Assembly: GCA_025558095.1 (NCBI GenBank)
Contig: JAIVFI010000023.1
Location: 434,001-498,000 of the forward strand
Source: Hyaloraphidium curvatum SAG 235-1
Taxonomy: Eukaryota > Fungi > Monoblepharomycota
Length of the DNA stretch: 64,000 nt
Reading direction: 5' to 3'
In this document: piece after piece, positions 1-12,314 of the stretch
Numbering within the stretch: position 1 is the stretch's first letter
How the letters are laid out: every line of letters begins with the position of its first letter
Made by a program: the position numbers and the translations under genes
The notes under the pieces: model-generated
The model's input: the letters and a program-made list of their open reading frames with translations, nothing else
Told to the model about the DNA's origin: nothing
Databases searched by the model: none

Positions 1-1238
1 GCCACCCGCGGGCGGGTCCGAGAGGCCATCGGCCGCGCTGGTGCCGTCGGGAGGGTCGAGGAGGAGGATCTCGCAGTGCAGCTCATCGGCGGCGTCCTTC
101 CACTCTCTGGCCTCGCGGATGGAGATCTGGAGGAGGGAGGGAAAGGTCAGATCCCGCGGCTGCGCCGAACATAGGGGAAGGGGACCTCTTTGATCGCGGA
201 CATCCGCTCGAGCTCCGCCGCCATGCCGCGGATCCGCTCCATGGCACCTGCGAGCAAGTCCAACGCTGCATATGGCACCTGAAAGTCAGCACGGTAAGGC
301 AGCAGCCACCCGGATCGGCCCACCGTTGGCCATCCTGCCCTTCCTCGCCTGCGCCCTGGCCTCCTCGCCTTCCCAGCGCGCGCGGTGCGCGGCGCGGCGG
401 GCTGCGGTTTCGGCGCGGTAGGCATCGAGGGCAGCACGGGAGGTGGCGTCGGCGGGGAGGGAGGAGAGGAGGTGCACGAGGGAGGGGCTGTCGGCGATCG
501 CGACGATCTAAGGAGCAGGCACATGAGCGAAAGTTGAAGGCAGACGAGCGAGGTCACGCTCACCATCTGGTCGGAGGCGGCTGGCAAGGCGGCAATCTGC
601 ATCCCGTAGTCCGCGGGGCGAGGCTCGGGCGCGGCGCGGGCGACCGGGTTCCCATCCGATGCGGCTGAGGCGACCGAGACCACCGATCCGGCGTCGTCCT
701 CGCGCTCCTCGCGCTGCGCGCGCCGGGGCTTGGGCGGCGGCGCAAAGGCGGGGAAGAGCGGCTGCTGCCTGCGCGGGGACTTTTGGCGCTGCGGCGTGGG
801 CGGGGCCGGGAGCGCTGGCGCGGGGTGCGAAGCGGCGTCGTCGGGGGGCTGGCCGCGATCCTCGGCAATCTGCGGCTGCCCGGCATCCTCCGGTGCGGTC
901 TCGGCTTGCGGGGCGTCGGCGGGGTCGGGCGCGTCGGGGTCGGGCGCCTCGGCGTGCGGCTGCGGGAGCACCAGCCTCTGCGAGATCTGCGGCAGGCCCG
1001 ACCTCGCGAACGGCGCCGCGAACGCGCGCGCGCCGGCGACCGGCCCTCCCGGTGCGCCGCCCGCGTGGCCGCCGATCGCGCCGAACGCGTGCGGGCGCGC
1101 CGCCGCGGCGGGGGCTCCGAGCGCGAACGCGCTGGCAGGCGCACGGGTCGGCGGCGCCCCGATTTTGAACCGCCGCGACGTCGACGACTGGCCGAACGAC
1201 GGCTCGGGCGACGGGGCGCCAGCGGTGTCCGCGCTCAT
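1..1238 (-). CDS. Hypothetical low-complexity (Pro/Ala-rich) protein, spliced, probably continuing beyond the left edge
   Basis: ORF from MSADTAGAPSPEP at 1238; likely introns near 555-510 and 296; no recognisable domain. Confidence 0.45.
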
Positions 1239-2517
1239 GGTTTCGCACGCAGAGTTTGTGAACGACGTTTTCTTCGAACCACGCGCAAACGACGCACCCC
1301 ACCACCACCCCGTCACGGAATCGTATTACGGCCACTGTCTAGCGCCAGCAGCTTGATACATCAGCGCTTCCAACCTTCATCCGTCCCGTGCTAAGCAGCC
1401 TCCGTCTTCGCGAGTGAGGCCTGCCAAGCGCAACGCCACCCCGGCGATCCTTTGCCACAGGGCTGGTGGTCCTCCCACTTCCGCAGCCGTTGTTCGAGCG
1501 GGGGGTGCTGAGGAAAGTGGTGGCTGCCCTATGATGGCCAGTGCGGCGATGCGGGAGTGAGGGGGCGAAGGAGGCGGGGATCTCTTTTCGAGGGCCAGCT
1601 AGCTGGAAGTCGGCTGTGGTTCCCGCCGAACCGCCCCGAACGATTCCCGCCGTTATTCGTCTCCAGGGCCGTCAATTCTGAGCTACGTGGAGGATTGATG
1701 CTCTGAAGGTGGATGCTCTCGCGCAGTTCGAGGGGAAAGCCCGCAGGTGGGGCTTCACTCCAGCGGAGTTTGGGGTTTACGGCAAAATCGAAGGGCCGAA
1801 AACTTCACTCCCGGGAGAAAAACGGGAGTCCCGTCCCGATCAGCGGCTCATCGCCACCCAACGGATATCGAACGATCAGGAGAGTAATTCGGAGCTGGTT
1901 GCGCCCGAAATGCGAGGGCCGTTCCTCCTCCTTTCAGTCCCAACCAGGTGGGTGGGCTGCCCTTGCGGCCGGCCGGTCAAGACGGTGCCATCGAAGTTCA
2001 CGGCGCATAGATGTGGGATGATCGAAGCTCTCGAGGCATGCTGGAGTGTATTGGAAGTCGAAAGGAACGAATGGGAGGAAAAGTGGGCTCCAAGGTGGCA
2101 AACGTTTCTGTCTCCCCCCCGCCTTTTCTCGTAAGCAGGAGAGGGAAACAGAGGACAAAGCCGGCAATTGAAGCTAAAGGGTCACATCACTCGCCTGCGC
2201 TTCATCCGGTTCCTTCCCCCGCTGGTTTAGTGTCCCAAAAGCGACCGTCTTTTGCTTTGGGCGCTCGCCACGCCGATCCTCGGCGGTTTGGCGTGGCCTA
2301 ACTCGTCGGGTTCCAGCCTTGATCCGGCCCCGTCCTCTCATCGGTTCTTCCTCCTCCGCACCGCGCTCCCAGCGGCGCTCGCTCTTCCTGCCCTCCTCTC
2401 GGCCTCCACGCTCCCTCGTCGCTCCGCTCGTCGCCGGAAGTCGGCAGCGACCTTTCTCCGTTCGCCACCGACACTCCCCCAAACCCCAACTCCAACCTTT
2501 CCTCCTTCGATTCCGAC

Positions 2518-3527
2518 ATGCACCTCCAGTACAACAAGGCCGACTTCCCGCGGTCCGCCGACTCGGACGAGGCGTGGGGCTCCTTCGTGCTCAACCACTG
2601 CGGTGGGTGCGGCGACCGCCGGCGGGGATCGGCGCTGACCTGGCCCCCCAACGCGCAGTGCAAGTGGCCACGTTCGACATCTTCGACCCGCGCACGCCGG
2701 CGCTGCTCGCGGCCGACGACTACGTCAAGGACCGCGACTCGGGGCGGCTCGCCGGCGTGCGCGAGCTGGATGCCTCCAACAGCTACCAGGCGTGGTGCTG
2801 CGTGATGCCGCGCGACGGCGCCGCGGCCGCCGTCCCCGCGGACGACGACACCGACCGCGAGGACAGCGAGGCCGACTTCTGGGATTCGGACCTCGAGGAC
2901 ATCGTGCCGCGCCCGGCGCCGCGCCCGCGATCGCCCCAACGGCGGCTGCCGCGCAACGCCGTCGGCGCCCTCACCGTGCGCGTGCTGCAGCTCGACTCCG
3001 CCGCGGCCTCGGCGGCGGACCCCGCAGCCTGGACCGAGGTCTGGCGCGCGCCGCAGCAGCCCATCACGCTGCGATCGGACATGGCGGGTGGCAACCCCTC
3101 CACCTTCTTCCGATTCCCGATCGACCTCTCCGCAGCCGTGATGGCCGCCGCCGACGCCGCCGCCACCGAGGACCCACTGCCCTCCCCCAAGCGCGGCCCC
3201 GCCTCGCCCTCCCTCGCCGCCGCCGCCTCCCGCGTCGGCATGCTCAACATGCTCTCGGACGCCTCCCGCCCCCGTTCCGACTCGTCCGCCTCCTCCACCA
3301 CCTCCACCGCCATCGCGCCGCAGCGCTACGCCTACAAGCTGCAGCTCGTGTTCCGCAACGGCGAGCGCGGCGCCGAGGTGCCGCTGCTGGACGCCAGGGT
3401 CGGCGAGCTCGGCGGGCTCGACCGCGCCGCGGCCCGGCTGGGCGCCGGCGCGGGCAAGAGGAAGGTCGAGGAGAGGGAGGCGCAGGCGCCCGTCGTGCCG
3501 CTGGCGGCCGTGCCCATGGTCTTCTAG
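2518..3527 (+). CDS. Hypothetical protein, 2 exons
   Basis: MHLQYNKADF... exon, GTGGGT...CGCAG intron (~2603-2658), then long GC3-rich ORF VQVATFDIFD...VPMVF*. Confidence 0.6.
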
Positions 3528-3834
3528 GACCGCACCCGGGCTTGGGTGCTCGCAATCTTGCCGGACGATCTGACATCTTGCCCCATTTTGGGATGCACTA
3601 TACCATGGCCGCTCTAGGCGGGCCGAGAGACGGGACCGGGCGTGGGGTTGAGGGGAAAAGCCCAAAGAAAAAGCTCGTGGCAGATGGCCATTGGGGCAGA
3701 TCTAGAGTGCCCGTGTACATACAGCAGACAGCTTCTTGGAGACGAAGAATAGGAGACCGCGCGCTTCGCATCCAGCTGATCGCAGCAATCCGTGGTCCGG
3801 GCCGCCCGTCCGTCGCCCGATCGTGTCAGTGGGG

Positions 3835-5148
3835 TCACCCCTTGTCGTTGAGGAACCCCTCGAACCATCTATCCCACCCCTCCACCAGGCCCCTCGTCCA
3901 CAGTCCGTGCTCGTGGTTCACGGACTGCACCGCCATCTCGATGCCGAAGAGGTAGTAGTCAACGAGCTTGGCCCTCATGGCGGCCGCCATCTCCCCGTCC
4001 GCGAGCAGCCGGGCCCATTCCCGCTGCGGGACCTCCGGCCGCGCGAGGGTGCAGAGCTCGTGGCCGGCCACGTCGCGGCACGAGGCAACGCCCGATCGGA
4101 CGAGGAAGGAGAACAGCAGCTCCGCGCCGGGGTCGGAGGAGGTGGTCTTCCAGGCGAGCACGTCGGCGGGCATGGCGGTGCGGTAGTGCGCCTCGGCATG
4201 GGGCAGGATCGAGAGGATGTACTCGCGCACCCAGGGCTCGAACTTGCTGCGGCGCTCGGGCAGTTTTGCGAAATTGAGCCGGAAGGAGCTGTCGCCGGTA
4301 CTGTTGGGCGCGCAGGAGCCCTCGAAGGTCGCGCAGTAGCGCTTAAGAATGGCGCGGGAGTGCGTCCGGTCGATAGCACCGGGGAAGAAGGTGGTGAGCT
4401 CATCCCAGTCCGCCTCCTCGTCCGTAGAAAGCGGGTACGAAGTCTCGTCGGGCATGACTTCCGACGGCACGCCGACGGCCTCCAGTGCCTTCCTCGACGC
4501 CGCGATTCTTTGCTCCGTGGCGTGCCAATCGAATGGCGTGGTCGTGAAGAGAACGGGCGGGTGGGCCGCATGGACCGCCGAACGTTCGGGCAGCGCGCCC
4601 TGGAAGACGGCCGCCCGGATGGTCACGTTGGCCGAGATCATGGAGGTGACGAAGCCGCCCGCCGAGCTGGCGTAAACAAAAGTCGGTACACGCGACTGAA
4701 TGCCCTGCAGGGAAGGGTGCGCGGCGCCCAGCACTGTCCAGAGCTCCTCCAGCGCGCGCGGTGTCCGCGGGACCTGTTCGCCCTTTCCGCGCACGTAGTC
4801 CGGGCAGCAGACATCCCGATCCGCTTTGCTTTCCGTGGGGCCGTTCGCCGCGACGGCCAGGTAGCCGCGGCCCACGAAATGCGCGACGATCCGGCGAAGC
4901 TCGGGCAGGATCCAGAAGTCGAGGTGCGTCGCGCGGCACGACGGCATCAGAAGCAGCACGGCGCGCGGGACCTCCCGGGGCACCGAGAACGCGAAGCCGA
5001 GTCCGTTGGCGGACAGCGCCGAGACCGGGAACGCGGCGTCCGCGTCCGCGTGACCCGCGTCCGACAGCCGTCCGTGGACGAGATGGAACGCAGCCAACGC
5101 GCCCAGCGCGTAAACGACATAGTTGAGCACGCCCCGATGGGTCCCCAT
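3835..5148 (-). CDS. Membrane-anchored or secreted alpha/beta-hydrolase-like protein
   Basis: 437-aa intronless ORF; N-terminal hydrophobic segment; VLLLMPSC strand and FVYASSAGG nucleophile-elbow-like motif. Confidence 0.6.
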   Translation of the reverse strand: MGTHRGVLNYVVYALGALAAFHLVHGRLSDAGHADADAAFPVSALSANGLGFAFSVPREVPRAVLLLMPSCRATHLDFWILPELRRIVAHFVGRGYLAVAANGPTESKADRDVCCPDYVRGKGEQVPRTPRALEELWTVLGAAHPSLQGIQSRVPTFVYASSAGGFVTSMISANVTIRAAVFQGALPERSAVHAAHPPVLFTTTPFDWHATEQRIAASRKALEAVGVPSEVMPDETSYPLSTDEEADWDELTTFFPGAIDRTHSRAILKRYCATFEGSCAPNSTGDSSFRLNFAKLPERRSKFEPWVREYILSILPHAEAHYRTAMPADVLAWKTTSSDPGAELLFSFLVRSGVASCRDVAGHELCTLARPEVPQREWARLLADGEMAAAMRAKLVDYYLFGIEMAVQSVNHEHGLWTRGLVEGWDRWFEGFLNDKG

Positions 5149-5441
5149 CGGGGAGTGGCCGTGCAGACGGCTTGCAGACGCGCCCCCAGATGGATTTGGG
5201 TGTCGGTCGGACTCGTCCTAGTCAAGGGTGCGTGTCCCGCATCAGCGCGACCTCCCATCCGGCTTCCAACTCTTCGAGGAAAAGAGACAAGATGGATCAG
5301 GTGATTGCCTCATGATGCTCCGGACTTCTTCGTGAAACGGGTACGTGCCGGTCCCGCGGGAGACACAGCCACCGGATTGTGACTCCAGCGTGACTCCAGC
5401 CTGACTACATCGTTTCGAATATCCTTGACATTCTATCACGC

Positions 5442-6791
5442 ATGGCTGCAAGCAACACCTCCAACACCTCCGTGTACTTCGCCTCGCGTCCCGTCACCGC
5501 TCCTGTGCCCAATGAGACGTTCTCGGTGCGGACTGGCCCTGTACCCAAGCCCGAAGCCGAAGGCGACGTCCTCCTTCGGACTATCTACCTCGCGCTGGAC
5601 CCCGCAATGGTCTGTCCTCCCACTCAGGATTGGATCACAGGCTTACGCTCGTCCGAGCAGAGAGGCTGGATGAGGGACAACACAATCTCCTACATGAAGC
5701 CTTTGGGTGAGTTCGAATGCCTCCCGCGGCGATGACTCGGGCTGACATCTCGCCCCAGAAATCGGTGAACTCATGCGCGGCCTGTCCCTCGCCGAGGTCG
5801 TCGAATCGCTCGATCCCGCCTACTCGCCCGGGGACCTCGTCCTGGCCCCCACCGGCTGGACGGAGTACGCCGTTTTGAACCCCACCAAACCAAACCCCGT
5901 TGGAGCCTCTTGGGTACGAGTGCCGTGCGAGCTGCCGCCTGGTATCAAGCCCATCGATTACGCGTCCGTGCTCGGCATCACGGGGCTGACTGCGGCGTGC
6001 GGCGTCTTCGAGTGCGGGAAGGCGAACGAGGGGACGCTCGGCAAGGACAGCACAATCGTGGTGTCCGGGGCGGCAGGGGCGACCGGCTCAACGGCTGCTC
6101 AGATCTACAAGAACGTGCTGGGATGCAGGGTCGTGGGGATCGCGGGCGGAAAGGGTGAGCTGTGAAGCGTAGAGCGGCAGCAGCACTCTGAGGCGTCAAA
6201 CAGCCAAGTGCAAGTTCCTCGTCGACGAGCTGGGCCTGGATGCCGCCGTTGACTACAAGTCCCCGAGCTTCCGCGCGGATCTCGCTGCTGCCTGCCCGAA
6301 CGGCATCGACGAGTACTACGACGTGGGCTTTTGCTTTGCCCGTAGTTTCGAGTTTCGCAAACTGATCACCGCCGCACAGAACGTCGAAGGCCTGGTCACC
6401 GAAGCTGTCTTCGACAACATGGCCCGCGGGTGCCGCGTCATCTCTTGCGGGGGCATCAGCAACTGTTCGTTTTCCTTGCTTCGATCTAGTTTCCAAACTG
6501 ATGAGCCCGATTGCACCAGACAACGACGAAGCAAACACGACCGGCCCACGGAACTACCGCCTCATCCGCGTGAAAGCAGCGACCGTCAAGGGGTTCGTCG
6601 TCACGTACTTTGCCGAGAAGCTGGCCGACTACCATCGCCAGCTCGTGGGATGGATCGGGGAAGGCAAGATCAAGAATCGCTGCACGGTCGTGCCGGGAAT
6701 GGACAAGGCGCCCGAGACTTTCATGATGCTGTTCCAGGGCGGGAACATCGGCAAACTGCTGGTCGGCGCGGGGAAGCTGGAGGGAGTGTGA
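5442..6791 (+). CDS. NADP-dependent alkenal/prostaglandin reductase (MDR, PTGR1/CurA-like), ~4-5 introns
   Basis: Motifs LRTIYLALDPAM|RGWM, VLGITGLTA, VVSGAAGATGS, GIAGG, GIDEYYD, LFQGGNIGKLLV across exons. Confidence 0.9.
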
Positions 6792-6880
6792 CGACCTCCG
6801 TTACAGCTGATCCTTGCCCCTCTTCTTCCATTAAACTACACATTTCTAGCAAATACAGTCTGCCCTCCACCCCGCTTCCT

Positions 6881-7792
6881 TCAAGCCTTCGGCCCAAACT
6901 CCTTGGTCGTGAACTCGAGCCAGAGGCTGACGAAGCCGATGATCTGGTCCGTCATCGTCGCCTCGACCAGGCTCCCCGGCAGCCAGCCCCCCAGCGTCAC
7001 GTGGATCATGTACGAGAACCGCCATCCGCCCTCCACCTTGTCCAGCACCGAGCCCGAGTGGTGCAGCTCCGCCTTCACCAGGCCCTTGAGCGACGACCCG
7101 GCCTTCTTCTCCGCGGCGGCCACCGCGGCGTCGTGCACGGAGTTGACGGAGACGGCCGAGAGGCAGTACCGCTCGGGGGTAAGGTAGCCGTAGTTGGTCC
7201 CGCAGACGAGGTACCGTGAGCTGATGAGGCCGCCGGCGACGGGTTTCGTCACGTCTGTTCCCGACCCGCTTAGCTCCCTTTTCTGGAAGGGGGTGGCGAC
7301 GGGCACCTACCGACGGATAGCGTCGTTGCCTCTCCCGGCGCGCCGCCGTCCTTCATCCAGAGGATTGCCGTCCTGGGGTCGACGGTGTGGTCCCATTCCT
7401 GCACGCGGCGTTAATTCCGCGTTCCACGCCACCGACGCGCGTCGACCGACTTTTCTCCGGAAGTAGAAGGTCTCCAACCCTGTTTTCCGGTGTCAGACGA
7501 GCGCGGGAGGTTTCGAACGCGTCGTACAGATGTCCGGAGTCAACCACTCGGGCAACACCGTCTCTGCCTTGAAAGCCGCGGGTTTCTTATCCCGAAACTC
7601 CGTCCGTTTCAGGATCGTGATCGTCTGCCCCGTGGGAGCATGGGCGACCTTCATTTGCTTCCACAGGTGGGCCTCGGGGGAGCCGGGCAGGAACGAGACG
7701 ATCGTGTCCGCTGCGCGGCGGGCGGCGGCGCGGAGTTCGTCCGCCGTCTGGGCGGGCAGTTCGACCGCATTTGGCGGCGGCTGGAAGGGCAT
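6881..7792 (-). CDS. START/SRPBCC lipid-binding domain protein, spliced
   Basis: Exons MPFQPP...AFKAETVL, LYDAFETSRARL, ...VAGGLISSR, VKAELHHSG...YMIHVTLGGWLPGSLVE (typical START C-terminus). Confidence 0.75.
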
Positions 7793-7939
7793 ATCGTCAG
7801 TCCTACGGTGGGGATCGATTGCGTGACGACGAGGGCCGGATCGGACATCAGGCGCCGAGCCGCCGACGGGAGCAGAAATCGGGCGGGCGAATCGGCGGTC
7901 CACCCGGTCGGTCCGGCAGCCGCTCTTGCAGCAGCCGCG

Positions 7940-10101
7940 ATGCCCGCAGCGAGCGCAGCGGGGCGGGCCGGGACGGCGGCGCCCGCGAAGCCCGCGCTCC
8001 GGGGCTCCTGCGACAACTGCATGGCCAGGTGGGGCACGCCGTGCCGGGACTCGCGGCGACCTGACCGCCCTCCCTGCGCAGCAAGAAGAAGTGCGTCGAG
8101 CCGCCCGACGGCTCGCCGTGCCCGCGGTGCGCGGACCGGGGCCTGCGGTGCGTCCGCTCGGCCCGAAGGAAGCCCGGCCCGAAGCCGACAAGGCAGAGGG
8201 CGGAGGACCCGGAGGAGCTGGATTCCGCGGCATCGCCGATATCGCTGGCCGCTGGCCCGTCTGCGGACTACCTCCCGCTCACGGGCGACTCGGCATTCGG
8301 CACCCCGAGCGTCACCGCGCCGGCCTCGCCGGCCTCCGCATTTCAGCAGCTCGAGGCACCGCCGAGCGGTCCCTCTTCATCCTCTGTCGTGCCGTGGCAG
8401 ACCGGACTTCAGATGAACGAGGCATTTCCAGCCTTGCCAAACGATCCACTTCCCTCGTTCCCGACGACGGTGTCGCTTCCTCTGTCGCTGCAACCCCAGC
8501 CGGTGCCCGAATTCCGCTCTCAGCTGCCATCGGAGCTCTTTACCCTCTGCTTGTCGTCGTACTTTGCAGAGCAGCACCCCCTCATCCCCCTGCTCCATCG
8601 GGCCCGCGCGCAGGCCTACCTTCCGATACCGCTCGCTTTTGCGGCCGCGGCAGCGGGCGTGCGCCACCTCCCGATCTCGCTGCCACCGGCCGACAGCATC
8701 CGCGTCGTGCGGTACCTGGTCGAGAGCGCGCGGGACACCCTGCTGGCCGGCTACTTTGAGCGCCGCCACGTATCGGACGTCGAGGCCGTGCAGACCATCA
8801 TTCTGATCATCGGCGTCTTGATGCCGCTGGGCAAGGGGGCTAGCGCGCGAACCCTCATGGAGGTTGGCTCGCGGATCCTGCTCGAGACCTGCTTCGCTTC
8901 GCTGGTGGCTGCAGACGGTGCCCACCGGGCGGATCTCCTCTCGTGCGTTTCCACCAGCGCCGAAGACTGGTACAACCACGAGCTCGCCGTGCGGGCGTGG
9001 ATCACCTTTGCCTCATTGGACGTGAACTATGCCTATCTGGCCTTCCGAAAACCGTTGCTGGACTACTTTTCTTTCCCGGCGCGGATGCCGGCCCATGCGT
9101 CCGTTTGGGACACGCCAGTCCCCGCCATGGGATTCGCCGTGCTCCAGCAGTTGCAGCAAGCTCCGCTGCTGGACTTTTCGGGCACCGTCGACCCCGCGGC
9201 CGTCGTCAAGGCGGGCTCCGCGGCCGTCTTTGACCTTTCGTGCTCGCACCTGGCTGCCAAGTTCGTGCAGACGTACATCCGGCTCCAGCAGCTGAACCTG
9301 CGCGAAGCGGCCTCGGTCGCGGGGGTCGAGCCGCTGGAAGTGATGGCGAGAGATGTCGCGAGCGACACCGCCTACGAGGCGGCCTTCCGGATCGGCGCGG
9401 CGAGAGTGGAAACGTTGTCAGCTGCGTTCTTTGCGGGCCTGCCGCCGCCGCTGGACCTAATGACCGGAACGGAGGACGTGGATCCGCTTTTTTCCCGGAG
9501 CCACGAGTGGTTCGCGGATCCGCGCACCGCATACGCCTGGTTTTCCGTCGCGTTGTGCCTGCAGGCTGGTCCGCTCGACAGCTGGATCACGGGCGATGCG
9601 ACGACCGCCGACGTCAGCGGGTTCCTCGGCCCCGCTTTCCTCCCCCTTCTTTCACGCACCCTTGCCTTCACGCGCTGCCTCTCGCGGGCGATCGCGGCGG
9701 ACCGCGATCTGCGCCACATCCCCGCGATCGCCTACACCCCCGTGCTCAAGGTCTCGGCCTTCACCCTCGCCCTGGTCGACGTGCTCCGTGGCACCGGCGC
9801 GGACGTTTCGGCCCTGCGCGAGGATCTCGCGGTCCTGGCGCACGCCCACCGCGCGATATGCGCGAGCCACGGCCCGGTGATGGAGTTTGCGACGCGTGGG
9901 TTCCGGGGCAGGCTGCTGGAGGCCGCGGCGCCATCGCCGCCGGCGGCTCCGGTGGACGGGGAGGACGAGGTGGAGCTCGAGGTCGCGGCGGACCTGGACA
10001 GGCTGACGAGCGGGGAGATCAAGGATCCGGGGCGAGACGGGAGGGCGTGGGCGAGGATCGCGGTGGCGGGGACGACGATGAGCAGGCCGTGGGTGTGCTG
10101 A
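7940..10101 (+). CDS. Zn(II)2Cys6 fungal transcription factor with middle homology region
   Basis: Spliced CDNCMASKKKCVEPPDGSPCPRCADRGLRC; downstream YFAEQHPLIPLLH ... VRAWITFASLD. Confidence 0.88.
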
Positions 10102-10226
10102 TAGGATCCTGTCTTTTGCAAGGATGCGGATTGTGGTGGAACGACTGGGGTCTGCTGATTCGAGGTGCTGTGTCGGGATTCGGCGCTTTGGTTTGGCCGA
10201 CCGCAGGCGGCCGCCTCCTCGCCAGC

Positions 10227-11110
10227 ATGACCCGCACGAATCCACGAATCCCGCTTCTGAAGCCCGTCGACTCATCCGGAATTGCCAGGGCACTCCAATC
10301 TGATGGCGTGGCGGTCCTCGACGGACTGTACGACCAGTCGTTCGTGGCGCAGGCTCGCGCGGAGTTCCTCGACTACCACGGGCGCCTCGCGGCCTTCGTC
10401 GACCGGAAACTGCCCCCTGAAACCGGTCCACACCTTTACGGCAACATAAGCATTCGCGTGCCGGGGCGTTGGGAGCATCTCTTCGACGTGGGTGTCGCGG
10501 ATGGCTTCCCGAAACCCGGTGTGACCGGTCCCCCTCGGCACAGATTCTGCCAAGCACTCGACCGAAGCTGCTCTCGGACTATGCGAATTTCTGCCCACCC
10601 GCCCTTCTTGCTGCCGTCGATGCCATCCTCGGCACCTCCCCCTCGGACCCTCCGGCTGTCGAGCTCGGGGGGATCCCTTCGCTGCCCTTTGCCCAAGCCG
10701 GAGCATGGCACAGGGATTCCTTCCCGCTCTTTGACGAGCGCACGGATGCGACGGTGCCGCCGTGGTACCTGACGATGGTCATCCCGCTGTGCGAGGATGG
10801 CGACGATGCCGCGGATTTCGGAACAACCTCGTTTGTTCTTGGCTCGCACCGCAAGACCATGGACGAGATTGGGCCCGGTAAAGGCTCGCCCGAGGGTGCT
10901 AAGGCGGATCTGAAGCCCGGACAGGCTGTGCTTTTCGACGGGAGGACGGTCCACCGAGGGGAAGCGAACCGCTCCGCAAAGATGCGGCCGTTCCTCTATA
11001 TGACGTTTACGAGGAGGTGGTATGTGGACCGTGAGGAAGGCTACCTTCCTCGCATCTACGACGATGATGTCTTTAAGGAAGGATTGGACGGGCCGAACGC
11101 GGCATGCTAA
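10227..11110 (+). CDS. PhyH-family Fe(II)/2-oxoglutarate dioxygenase, 1 intron
   Basis: LQSDGVAVL; WHRDS (HxD); TSFVLGSH; LKPGQAVLFDGRTVHRGEANRS...R. Confidence 0.88.
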
Positions 11111-11155
11111 CCACCTGTCAAGTGTCAACCCGAACGGATGCTTCATCGGCGGCGG

Positions 11156-12195
11156 ATGGACACTGAGTATCTATGTCTTTGGCGGATCGTAGACTAAATT
11201 AGACCTGATTTAGTGTCAACAAGCGCTTCGCAGTCGAGGACCTGGCACGAGCAGGAGTACGAGCCGATCACAGTTCGCGGTCTCTATACGACATCTACTG
11301 CCTGCGGCGCCTGTGCCGCGGCGTTGGCGCGTCCGCGTACTCCGAATTCCTGCGCCGCCTTCGCGTGGAGCTCGTAGAGAGGAAGAACTTGGACGTTCTC
11401 CTCGAGCTCATTGAGCGTGTTCGCGGCCCCCGGAGACGCAGGGTAGATGAGGACGTCGACGAGGGCCCTTTGAACATTGAAAGCTCCGCCTTGCTGCTGA
11501 AGACGGTTGGGCTGTCTCCCGACAGCCTCCTCGTTATCGAGACGGCGAAGGAGTATGTGCGAAGGGCGGGGCAGGACCACATCGGCGTCGAGCATTGGAT
11601 CGATGTGCCTGGCGTGTTTATCGGCGTCATGGGTCCCAAAGCCGGCGAGATCCCGCTGATCCTGCGGCATCTTGGCTTGGTCCCAGGAGAGATTGACGAG
11701 GACGCGGACAGCAGTCGGGTTCAGGACATCCTCGGGTATTTCGGCCTCGATACGCAAGGCACCAAAGATATCTTCCTCGGGATGCGAATGGACGTTCGAC
11801 ATCGCTGGCGCGTGATATTTGCTGCCTTCAGCCGCGATCCCGGCATGGAGGCGGACGCCTCCAGGTACTATAGGGAACATGTTTTCCCCCTTCTGGTCTC
11901 GCAGGCACGGGGAGCGTTTCCGGGTGATTTCGACCGCCGTGCCGCACGTTTCGTCAGCGAGGCCATGGAAGAGAAATGGCCGGAGGAGATCATTGCGGAC
12001 GTTCTCGCAAACACGACCGAGCTTTCGGAGGCGGAAAAGCAGATGATCAGGGTACCGTACGATGGTTCCCACGCAGGAACGGAGGAGGACGACGAAGGCC
12101 TGGATGAGGATGAGGAAGCGGCAGATAAACTGGCCGGCGTGGAATTGAGACGGGAGGACGTCGTTCTGCTGCCCTCATCCGACCTGTTAGCATAA
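11156..12195 (+). CDS. Hypothetical protein with acidic C-terminus
   Basis: Short first exon, intron ending ttag at ~11213, then >320-codon open frame; no domain recognised. Confidence 0.55.
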
Positions 12196-12314
12196 TCTAA
12201 GCGGCGTATGACACTGATGGCCGGAGTCGGTGGCGTTGCTTCGGTCAGCACTGGAGAACCTAACCGCTCTTCTCTCCAATACAACGGAAATAGATATGTC
12301 GGCGATAGATCTGT

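Noticed and set aside
1400-2450. ORF 1709-2134 and neighbours
   Set aside because: No codon bias or motif; probably intergenic, left unannotated
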